IMG/VR virus record: IMGVR_UViG_3300037458_000563
Span: 1-45,013 of that record
From: a virus
Lineage: Duplodnaviria > Caudoviricetes
Direction: 5' to 3' (one strand)
Length of the DNA stretch: 45,013 nt
The notes beneath the pieces were generated by a model. That model was not told the DNA's origin, made no database searches, and saw nothing but the letters and a program-made list of their open reading frames with translations. The translations under genes were made by a program, and so were the position numbers. This document shows, piece after piece, positions 28,041-35,260 of this stretch (positions are counted from its first letter, which is position 1; each line of letters begins with the position of its first letter).

Positions 28041-28669
28041 TAGATGATCCTCCCCGTCTTGATGTAGGCGTGCGAACGCCACGGGTAAAGCTGCTCCTTC
28101 TCGATCTTCAGCAGATCAGCCGGCAGGAACCGCGACACCGACCCCATGCCGTCCGTGATCGTCTGCGCCGCGAAGTCGCCGCCCCGCTTTATCTGGCTAT
28201 ACTTCCGGGCAGCCAGAGACAGCGCAACGCTCTTGATGTCACCCGGAACCGCCGCGGGCGCGGCGTAGCCCGCCGTATAGACGAGCCGGATAGCGTCCTG
28301 CCCGCTCGGCCAGTACGCTTCCAGCCGGACGAAGACACCAGCGGCCGCGTCGTAGACGTAGTCAGTGCCATGAGTCAGGGTGTCCTCAGATGTCCACGTC
28401 CCAGACTGCCACTCGCCCTCATCCACGCTCGTAACCGTGGTCACGGGGTAGTTGAGCGCACACACCTCACTCAGCCCGGACTCGACCGTGTGGTACTCGG
28501 TCGTGCTGCCACGGGTTGCGATGCGCCGACCAAGGAACGTCTCGATGGACTCGCTCGCCCTGTTGATGACGTTCTCGAGCACGGAGTCCTGAGCCGTGAG
28601 CGTAGAGTCGATCGACAGCAACTCTTTGAGCTCGGCTACGCTGACCAGCGCATAGGTAGAGAGAGCCAT
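28040..28669 (-). CDS. Head-tail adaptor (gp6/gp15-like)
   Basis: LVSVAELKELL...IETFLGR...YTAGY...VPGDIK. Confidence 0.85.
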   Translation of the reverse strand: MALSTYALVSVAELKELLSIDSTLTAQDSVLENVINRASESIETFLGRRIATRGSTTEYHTVESGLSEVCALNYPVTTVTSVDEGEWQSGTWTSEDTLTHGTDYVYDAAAGVFVRLEAYWPSGQDAIRLVYTAGYAAPAAVPGDIKSVALSLAARKYSQIKRGGDFAAQTITDGMGSVSRFLPADLLKIEKEQLYPWRSHAYIKTGRII

Positions 28670-28688
28670 TAATGCTTACCCCTCTGCA

Positions 28689-28874
28689 CTACTGCTTACC
28701 TTTCCGCACCACTGCGGCCTCAGGTGCAGAGCGCACGGCAGTCTCGATACCGACACGCTGCGCCAGCCCCAACCTGATCCACTCGCGGGCGACCTCGTCG
28801 GGGACATCCAGCGTCTCGCCGGGAGCAGGACAGCCGTGGGCCGAAGCGAACGACTTGATAGCCTGTACTCGCAT
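28689..28874 (-). CDS. Small head-associated protein
   Basis: PGETLDVPDEVAREWIRLGLA is typical of the small ORF that follows a major capsid gene. Confidence 0.65.
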   Translation of the reverse strand: MRVQAIKSFASAHGCPAPGETLDVPDEVAREWIRLGLAQRVGIETAVRSAPEAAVVRKGKQ

Positions 28875-28882
28875 GGAACCAT

Positions 28883-28909
28883 CCGGGGGGCGGGTAGGCC
28901 GCCCCCCGG
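28883..28909 (-). terminator. GC-rich hairpin after the major capsid gene
   Basis: CCGGGGGGCGG...CCGCCCCCCGG inverted repeat with no strong U-tract. Confidence 0.5.
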
Positions 28910-28919
28910 AAAGGAACCG

Positions 28920-30143
28920 TTAGGCAGTGCGGAGGTACTTGACCGCCGTGGTGTCGATCAGGTTGCCGTCCACCCGCTGGCTGGCCTCGAACACAGCCTG
29001 ATGGCTCAGGAAGTAGAGATCATCCGAGCGACGCAGCGTGATGCCGCCGGCCACCCGGACGAAGTACTTGCTGAAGTCGCCGAAGAGCACCAGCCGCTTG
29101 TTGGTGGCGAAGGTGCCATCCTGGTCATTGTTGATCACGACCGGGACGCCGAAGAGCCGGTCAGGCTGGCCCTGCTGGACGGCCATCTGCCATAGATATT
29201 GATTGTTCGAGTCCTTCAGCTTGCGGACATAGGCCGCGACAGCGTCGTTCATCATGAACGCGCAGTTGGGCGACATGCGGTAGGCGATATCGACCGCATG
29301 ATACAAATCGATCACCTCATCCAAAGTGATAGCATTGGTGGCCGAGGCCGTCTTGCCGAGGGCAGCCTTGACCTGGACGCCGCCGGGCTGGCTCGAGCCC
29401 GTGCCGGTCGTGAAGTAGGTATTCTTGATGCGGCCGATGCGGGTGCCCAGCGCGGCCCCGAGGTACTGGCTCAGGTTGATGCTCGAATCCTGAAGGAGCT
29501 CGTTGGAGATCAGCACGGCATCGCTCGACATCTTGTAGCTCGACAGCACGACCTGCCCGAAGCTGGGGTCGGTCGTGGTGGTGGCGCCGGTTGCCTCGGT
29601 CAGCAGCCGCCCGGTGTTCGACGTGTCGTCCACCGTGGGGACGGGCAGGCTGGCCCCGGTCGCCGTGGTGATGACCGTGGCGAGGTTCTGCACCCGGCCA
29701 TACCACTTCTCGACCTCGACAAAAGCCCTCATCATCTCGTCGGGGACAGAGTTGCCGCCGGCCGTGGTCGTGCCCACGGACAGGGCGCGGAGGTCGAATT
29801 CCTTGGAGCTCGGCCGGATGCCGTAGAACGCAGCCGCCGCGTGCTCGTCCTCGCTGCGGGCCTCGCCGCGCAGCCAGGCGCGGAGGGCGTGCTCCGGGTT
29901 GGGGCGAGCGTCGGTGACGATCGTTTCCGTCTTGCGGCCAGCCGACTGGTTGAGGATCTTGCGCTCCTCGTCGGCCTTCTCGTGGAGGGCGATGGTCGCC
30001 TTGATCTGGTCGATCTCGGCGTCCATGCGCTTGATGGTTTCCTGCTCCTCGGTGGAGACGGCCCGCTTCTCGTTGTCGGCCTTGTCGAGGATGGCCTTGA
30101 TGTCCTCATTCAGCTTGGCCCGCTGCTCGTACAGGTGCTTCAT
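28920..30143 (-). CDS. Major capsid protein, HK97 fold with delta domain
   Basis: Coiled-coil N-terminus, GGNSVP, ISNELLQDS, GTGSSQPGG, LKDSNNQYLW, LFGDFS. Confidence 0.95.
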   Translation of the reverse strand: MKHLYEQRAKLNEDIKAILDKADNEKRAVSTEEQETIKRMDAEIDQIKATIALHEKADEERKILNQSAGRKTETIVTDARPNPEHALRAWLRGEARSEDEHAAAAFYGIRPSSKEFDLRALSVGTTTAGGNSVPDEMMRAFVEVEKWYGRVQNLATVITTATGASLPVPTVDDTSNTGRLLTEATGATTTTDPSFGQVVLSSYKMSSDAVLISNELLQDSSINLSQYLGAALGTRIGRIKNTYFTTGTGSSQPGGVQVKAALGKTASATNAITLDEVIDLYHAVDIAYRMSPNCAFMMNDAVAAYVRKLKDSNNQYLWQMAVQQGQPDRLFGVPVVINNDQDGTFATNKRLVLFGDFSKYFVRVAGGITLRRSDDLYFLSHQAVFEASQRVDGNLIDTTAVKYLRTA

Positions 30144-30347
30144 TTGCTTAGCGCCTCCTGCGCTTGTCGCCAGGAGCGCCGGGCCAGAAAGCCGAAGGGC
30201 GCGAGCCCTGGCAGAGATCAAACGGCAATCACTGCTTGGCTTCGCGCCCTGCTCAGCGGGGTCGCTGAAGTCTTGGACGGTCGTTCGGGTTGACCAGCAA
30301 CCTCGGCGGCCGAACTAGTCGTCAGTCACAGTCTAGCACATATGTCT

Positions 30348-30460
30348 AGCCTCGCTCTAAGTATTCGGTTCTCTCCTTGACCACGGCTCGCTCAAGCTTC
30401 TCGGTTCTCTCGGCCCACCCGGCTCGCTCCCCTCTCGCGGTTCTCTCGCTCACGACGGCT
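30348..30460 (-). ncRNA. TIGR-like dual-repeat array, distal (3 x 36-nt units)
   Basis: Minus strand: AGCCG tcgtgagcg AGAGAACCG cgagagggg AGCGAGCCG ggtgggccg AGAGAACCG agaagcttg AGCGAGCCG tggtcaagg AGAGAACCG aatacttag AGCGAGGCT. Confidence 0.85.
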
Positions 30461-30471
30461 ATACATCTAGC

Positions 30472-31389
30472 CTAGTCGATAGGCCAATTGGGGACGGGGA
30501 TGTAGTCCGCGTGCCCGCCCGGCCCGAGGATGTAGGGCATGGGCGGGGGCGTCCCCATCTCGACCTCGTGCAGCACATGGTGGAAGTGGGACAGGAAGAT
30601 CTTGGCGACGTAGCGCCCGGCGCGCCAGTCCAAGCCGACCGGCTGGAGCTTGCCGCTGCCCCAGATCTCCCGCTGAAGCGGGCTGATGCTCCACCTGTTC
30701 TTCGTCGCCAGCTCGAGCCGGGCCAGCGCCTGCTCCCGGAACATCCCGGCCTCGTTGCGCTCGATCTCCTGCGCCTTGCGCTTGCGCCACAGCTTGGCAT
30801 AGAGGCAGTCCGACCGCTCGCCAGCCTTCTTGAACTGCTCCCCGATGAGCCATGCGGTGGTCTTGAGCTTGGCGCAGTGGGGCCGCTTCTTGCCCTTCTC
30901 CCACTTCGCCGTGGGGTCCAGCCCGGCGAATCGCCACACCTTGCCGGCCGTGTTGATGTACCCCTCGTGGCAGTCGGGCGTGCAGGGGTTGGCCTTGGAG
31001 CAGCGCACCCTGGCACGGCAGACCCACGGCCTGATTTCGATGTATGCGAGGAGCACCCCGGCGTATGTGGCTCCGATGCCCGGGATACTCAGCGCCCAGC
31101 GGCCAGCCCGGTGGGTCATCACCATCGCCTCGATGGCCTTGTCTGCCTTCTTCTCGATGGTTTCGTGGTCCTCGCGCAGCAGGCGCAGCGCGAAGGAATC
31201 CGGCGACGTGTCCACCCTGCGCTCGATGGCCCCGATCTGGTTTCCCGTGGCCTTGCGGTTCTCCTGTGCTGACATGCGGAGGTCCACCAGCGCACGGAGC
31301 ACATCCTTGTCGAATGTGGCCTCGGCACGGATGGCCTTGACCTGCGCCCGCGTCCAACGCTCGACGTTCAATGACTCGCTCATGTTCAC
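30472..31389 (-). CDS. IS110/Nop-domain RNA-binding protein lacking a nuclease domain; TasA-like
   Basis: Coiled-coil N-terminus, then LSIPGIGATYAGVLLAYI and KVWRFAGLDP (IS110 Tnp20/Nop-like), YAKLWRKRK and RYVAKIFL. No DEDD RuvC domain and no HNH. Flanked on both sides by 36-nt arrays. Confidence 0.8.
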   Translation of the reverse strand: MNMSESLNVERWTRAQVKAIRAEATFDKDVLRALVDLRMSAQENRKATGNQIGAIERRVDTSPDSFALRLLREDHETIEKKADKAIEAMVMTHRAGRWALSIPGIGATYAGVLLAYIEIRPWVCRARVRCSKANPCTPDCHEGYINTAGKVWRFAGLDPTAKWEKGKKRPHCAKLKTTAWLIGEQFKKAGERSDCLYAKLWRKRKAQEIERNEAGMFREQALARLELATKNRWSISPLQREIWGSGKLQPVGLDWRAGRYVAKIFLSHFHHVLHEVEMGTPPPMPYILGPGGHADYIPVPNWPID

Positions 31390-31405
31390 TCCCCCTAAGT
31401 TAAAT

Positions 31406-31594
31406 TGGCTCGCTCCGCTAAGTCGGTTCTCTCAAGAGAAGCGGCTCGCTCGGGCTGCGCGGTTCTCTCCAGCTTCTCGGCTCGCTCCGGGACGACGGTT
31501 CCCTCTGGGTCATCGGCTCGCTCAGGCCGCTCGGTTCTCTCTACCGACCCGGCTCGCTCACACCAAACGGTTCTCTCCTCTGCGACGGCTCGGC
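31406..31594 (-). ncRNA. TIGR-like dual-repeat array, middle (5 x 36-nt units)
   Basis: Alternating AGCGAGCCG / AGAGAACCG repeats (one AGGGAACCG variant) with spacers tcgcagagg, tttggtgtg, ggtcggtag, agcggcctg, atgacccag, tcgtcccgg, agaagctgg, cgcagcccg, cttctcttg, acttagcgg. Confidence 0.88.
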
Positions 31595-31603
31595 TCATTG
31601 CTG

Positions 31604-32173
31604 TTACTCGGCCTTGGTGGCCTTAGCCATGAGCGTGGCGAGCTGGTCATCGGTCAGCACCTGACCGACCGTCTCGCCCGTCTTGATCTTGAGCGTTTGC
31701 AGCCGCTTCTCCAGCAGCCGCATGAATCGCCCATTCCTGGCGTTGCCCTGCGCGTTGGCCTCGTACATCTCAGCCTCGCGCCGGACATCCTGTAGCGTTG
31801 CCTCGCCCAGAAGTCGCTTGTCGCTCATCGGCCATGCCAGGTACTTCCCCGCCCACTCCGACACCTTGCGGCAGACCTCCTCGGAGTACGCCTGCTCCTT
31901 CTGCTTGGTGTACGGCTTGGCTGGCTGGGACGTGAGCAGCCTGTCATCCACCACGCCGGTGATATCCACCCGACGGGCGGCCATAGCCAGCCGGATCTCA
32001 GCCCGAGCCGCCCTGTGAATGGCCCAGGTGATCAGGCGTGCCTGCGAGTTGATGCCGGCCACGACCTTCTCTTCGGCGGCCCTGTAGCCATGCTGCGCTA
32101 TCGCAGCATCGGCCATCCTGCGGACGATGGCACCCTCCGGCTCCGTCTCCACGCTCGACTTGTCAAACCCCAT
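31604..32173 (-). CDS. Unknown helical protein embedded between TIGR-like arrays
   Basis: 189-aa ORF with RBS AAGGGG; no family recognised. Confidence 0.75.
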   Translation of the reverse strand: MGFDKSSVETEPEGAIVRRMADAAIAQHGYRAAEEKVVAGINSQARLITWAIHRAARAEIRLAMAARRVDITGVVDDRLLTSQPAKPYTKQKEQAYSEEVCRKVSEWAGKYLAWPMSDKRLLGEATLQDVRREAEMYEANAQGNARNGRFMRLLEKRLQTLKIKTGETVGQVLTDDQLATLMAKATKAE

Positions 32174-32210
32174 GCATCCCCTTTCGTGAGCCTTCCCGGC
32201 TCGTTAATGT

Positions 32211-32323
32211 GCGCTCACGGAGTACGGTTCTCTCTTCATACGCGGCTCGCTCGTAAACGACGGTTCTCTCGTCGGCCACGGCTCGCTCGTTTCTCACGGT
32301 TCTCTCCGAACCCGCGGCTCGCT
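32211..32323 (-). ncRNA. TIGR-like dual-repeat array, proximal (3 x 36-nt units)
   Basis: Same repeats, with spacers cgggttcgg, tgagaaacg, tggccgacg, tcgtttacg, cgtatgaag, tactccgtg. Confidence 0.85.
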
Positions 32324-32327
32324 GCTC

Positions 32328-32525
32328 TCATCGCTTCATGCGGTACTGGAAGCCGGGCCACTCCTGTTTCACTTCGGCCCGCCCCTCCTTCACCAGCCCA
32401 GACAGGTGTGCCCTCACCGTCCGAGCGCACACGCTGGGCACCTTCGCCCCGACATCGACAGCCGTCTGCCACTCCCGGCTCAGGGCACCCTCGACTGCTC
32501 GCCTGTGTGGCGATCCTCGTTTCAT
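32328..32525 (-). CDS. Small winged-HTH protein, first gene of the TIGR-like cassette
   Basis: GGAGG-8 nt-ATG; TAVDVGAKV...ARTVRAHLSGLVKEGRAEV...YR. Confidence 0.7.
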   Translation of the reverse strand: MKRGSPHRRAVEGALSREWQTAVDVGAKVPSVCARTVRAHLSGLVKEGRAEVKQEWPGFQYRMKR

Positions 32526-32555
32526 TCCATACCCCTCCAATCCGAACCATGCCAG

Positions 32556-32584
32556 AATATAGCAAGCACATACGGCTGTGTCAA
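32556..32584 (-). promoter_or_regulatory. Sigma70 promoter driving the TIGR-like cassette
   Basis: TTGACA-17 nt-TATATT with an extended -10 TG. Confidence 0.8.
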
Positions 32585-32592
32585 CTAGAAAT

Positions 32593-33102
32593 CTAGCCCT
32601 TCAGCGCACGCAGGACGAACGCAAAGTTGTGCTCGTCCTCCCGCACATGAACGGGCTCGAAGTCTGCCTTGTAGCAGAAGCGGAAGTCGGACATGGCAGT
32701 CTTCCCCACCTGCACCCGATACTGCTCCTGGCTCAGAAACACCAGCGAGCCGGTACACAGCACCCGCTTGTGTGACGGGTCGCCCCACGCCCACATGCTC
32801 TTCCACGAGGGCGTGGTGGCGGCCAGATAGCCCCCAGGCTTGAGGATGCGCCAGAGCTCGCTGAACTGCGCGAAGAAGAAGCGCCAGTCGCCTTGCTGAC
32901 CCGTGTGCTCGAGCACCTCATAGGCGTGGATCTCATCGAAGCTGTTGTCCTCGAACGGGTAGGGCAACTGCTCGAGGTCATGCACCACGTCGGGGTGGTG
33001 GTCGGAGTTGTGGTCTAAGGTGACCAACTTTGTCCACTTACTGCGACCATTTATGGCTATCTTCTTCGTCCAGTCGGACCCGCAGCCCAGCAGGAGCTCC
33101 AC
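32593..33102 (-). CDS. Class I SAM-dependent methyltransferase (Methyltransf_11-like, not a DNA type)
   Basis: LGCG, VVHDLEQLPYPFEDNSFDEIHAYEVLEH, ELWRILKPGG. Confidence 0.85.
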   Translation of the reverse strand: MELLLGCGSDWTKKIAINGRSKWTKLVTLDHNSDHHPDVVHDLEQLPYPFEDNSFDEIHAYEVLEHTGQQGDWRFFFAQFSELWRILKPGGYLAATTPSWKSMWAWGDPSHKRVLCTGSLVFLSQEQYRVQVGKTAMSDFRFCYKADFEPVHVREDEHNFAFVLRALKG

Positions 33103-33687
33103 CTAGTACCGCTCCCTTCGACGGAGCCGGATGTTGATGGCCGGGATGCCCTCCTGCTGGGGCTCCTCCTTCGGCGGCTCCTGCTTGGCCCGCTCGAGCG
33201 CCCGAGCAGACACCTGAGTTGCCGGATACGCCGGATAGGCCACGGGGCTCACGTCGAGCAGTTCCAGGTCCCGCAGCTCCCGCACCTGGGCACCATCCTG
33301 CGTGCGCCACTCGTCGGTGAGCACCCGGAAGCCGAACGACATGCCGTCCACATCCCCGCGCCGGATGCTCGCCAGCACGTCCTCGGCGGCCCTCGTCTCG
33401 GGCGGGTCGATCTCCACCCGTAGCCCACGCTCGTCAACCGACAGCTTGAGCGTGCCCGACTTGGTCCGGCCAAGCACCACGTCGGGGTTATGGTTCCAGA
33501 GTGCCCGAACGTCGTGGGCCTCCTTCAGCGCCCGATCGAACGCGCCGGGCTTGATGACCTCACGAAAGCCCCCGAGGTCTTCGCTCATGGACCCGAAAAC
33601 GGCAGCGTAGCCGACGATCCGACGCTCGCCCTCGGCGGCGCGGACCTCGGCCCCGGGAAGGGCTCGGCGTTCGATGTCAGGCAGCAT
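33103..33687 (-). CDS. HK97-family prohead protease
   Basis: GYAAVF, FREVIKPGAF, ALWNH, GMSFGF, DVSPVAYPAY. Confidence 0.95.
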   Translation of the reverse strand: MLPDIERRALPGAEVRAAEGERRIVGYAAVFGSMSEDLGGFREVIKPGAFDRALKEAHDVRALWNHNPDVVLGRTKSGTLKLSVDERGLRVEIDPPETRAAEDVLASIRRGDVDGMSFGFRVLTDEWRTQDGAQVRELRDLELLDVSPVAYPAYPATQVSARALERAKQEPPKEEPQQEGIPAINIRLRRRERY

Positions 33688-35260
33688 GGTTATCCTCCAT
33701 GAGAGAAAGCACGGTGTCTGCGACCTCGGCGGGGCGGCTGCTCCCCCACCGAAGAATCAGCCCCTCGGCCTGCGGCTCGAGGTTTGCCGCACTGAGTTCT
33801 AGCAACTCCGTGCGGCTACGGGTCAGGTAATCCTTGGCCAGCCTACGGGCCGCCTGATGGCTGTCGTCCTGACGCCTAGATAGCGCATAACTAAGGGCCA
33901 AGACTGGCTGGAGACGCTCGGCGAGGCCGGGCACCTCCTTGGTATAGAACTCGCCGGCCCACGCCCTGAGTGCCCCCGCGCCCTTCTTGGCAGCCTGCCG
34001 GATTTCGGCTGCCTCGCGCCGGCCATACCGGGCCATGATGTCCACGATCAGCGCACGCTGCTGCTCCTCGGCATCGGGCGGCTCAGGGGCGGGGGGGGGC
34101 GGCTCCGGGGCCGGCGGCTCCTCCGGCTTGGGCAGGTTCTCCATCTTCGCCACGTACTCGGGGGACATGACGCCCATATCCACGTACAGCTTCTGCACGT
34201 CGGCCCGGGTCCGGGCATCGGTGCGGAGCACGGCGTTACGGGTGTGCTCCAGGTAGAATGTGCCCTCCTGCGCGTCGGAGATCATCTTGCGGTTGACCTC
34301 CTGCTCGATGGCGACCAGCCATGGGTCCAGCGTGTTGTCGAGGAAGTCCAGCCGGTTGGCCTCGTAGTTCCCGCCGGGCCGCTCGGCTGTCTTGTAGCCC
34401 AGCATGGCCGGATTGATGTTTAGCCATCGAGCCACCTCGAGCACCTGGAGCTCGCGGGTTTCGATAAGCTGGGCATCCTTGGCCGGGATGCTCAGGGGGT
34501 TGGCCTTCATCCCCTCCTCGAGGATAGCCAGCCTGTGCGCCCTGTCCGGCCCCTGATGCATGGCATTCCAACTGTCCCGCAGCCGCTTCTGCGCCTCGGG
34601 GGACAGCGTGCCGGGGTGCTCGAGCGTCATGCCCGGCATGGCCCCGTTGCCAAAGAATGTGGCCCCGTACCGCTCCGCGGCCAGCCCAAGCCCGAGGCTC
34701 TGCTTCGCCATCTGCACCACGCTGTAGCCCTTGATCCCATCGAAGCCCAGCCCGGGGACGTGCAGCACATCGACGGGGTCGAGGAACCGCTCCCCCCCGT
34801 TGTACCTGTAGCGCAGCCGGCCGCCCTCGATGACGGGCTCAATCTTGTCCGGCGTGATAGGCCACAGCCCGATGGGCTGCATAGCGCGGTTCCACTCGAT
34901 CTCGGCATAGGCATTGCCCCACGTCAGGATATGGGCCACATAGGTGCGCCAGAAGTTGAGCGGCGTCATGTAGCGGTTGGGCTCGTACCCGCACACCCTG
35001 GCAACGGGGTGCTCGGGCACCTCCTCCCGCTCGTCCTCACGCTTCCGGTACACCTTGCGGGGCAGCTTGGCGATAGACGATGCGATGAGGTTGACAGCCG
35101 ACCAGTAGGCTGCGAACGTCAACGCCGTCCCCTCGCTCACCCGGACCCCGGCCGCGGTCGGGGTGTCGATCAAGTCCATCTTGATCCACTGATCAACGGT
35201 CAGCGCCCGCTTCTCGTTGCGGAGCCACGGCAGCCAGTCACGGAGTCCCATGATCTTCAC
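33677..35260 (-). CDS. HK97-family portal protein with C-terminal extension
   Basis: IASSIAKLP, PNRYMT, GNAYAEI, DVLHV...GFDGIKGYS, FFGNGA, ILEEGM. Confidence 0.95.
   Translation of the reverse strand: MKIMGLRDWLPWLRNEKRALTVDQWIKMDLIDTPTAAGVRVSEGTALTFAAYWSAVNLIASSIAKLPRKVYRKREDEREEVPEHPVARVCGYEPNRYMTPLNFWRTYVAHILTWGNAYAEIEWNRAMQPIGLWPITPDKIEPVIEGGRLRYRYNGGERFLDPVDVLHVPGLGFDGIKGYSVVQMAKQSLGLGLAAERYGATFFGNGAMPGMTLEHPGTLSPEAQKRLRDSWNAMHQGPDRAHRLAILEEGMKANPLSIPAKDAQLIETRELQVLEVARWLNINPAMLGYKTAERPGGNYEANRLDFLDNTLDPWLVAIEQEVNRKMISDAQEGTFYLEHTRNAVLRTDARTRADVQKLYVDMGVMSPEYVAKMENLPKPEEPPAPEPPPPAPEPPDAEEQQRALIVDIMARYGRREAAEIRQAAKKGAGALRAWAGEFYTKEVPGLAERLQPVLALSYALSRRQDDSHQAARRLAKDYLTRSRTELLELSAANLEPQAEGLILRWGSSRPAEVADTVLSLMEDNHAA

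Noticed and set aside
30472-31389. Active IS110 transposase
   Set aside because: It lacks the DEDD RuvC domain and the catalytic Ser loop, and the flanks are multi-unit arrays rather than IS ends.
31395-31598. 67-aa ORF with ERT/ERA repeats
   Set aside because: It is the translation of the 36-nt array. In the proximal array the equivalent frame begins right after a TGA with no start codon, so a non-coding role is the simpler explanation.
30348-32323. CRISPR array
   Set aside because: Repeats and spacers are only 9 nt with two alternating repeats, and there are no cas genes.
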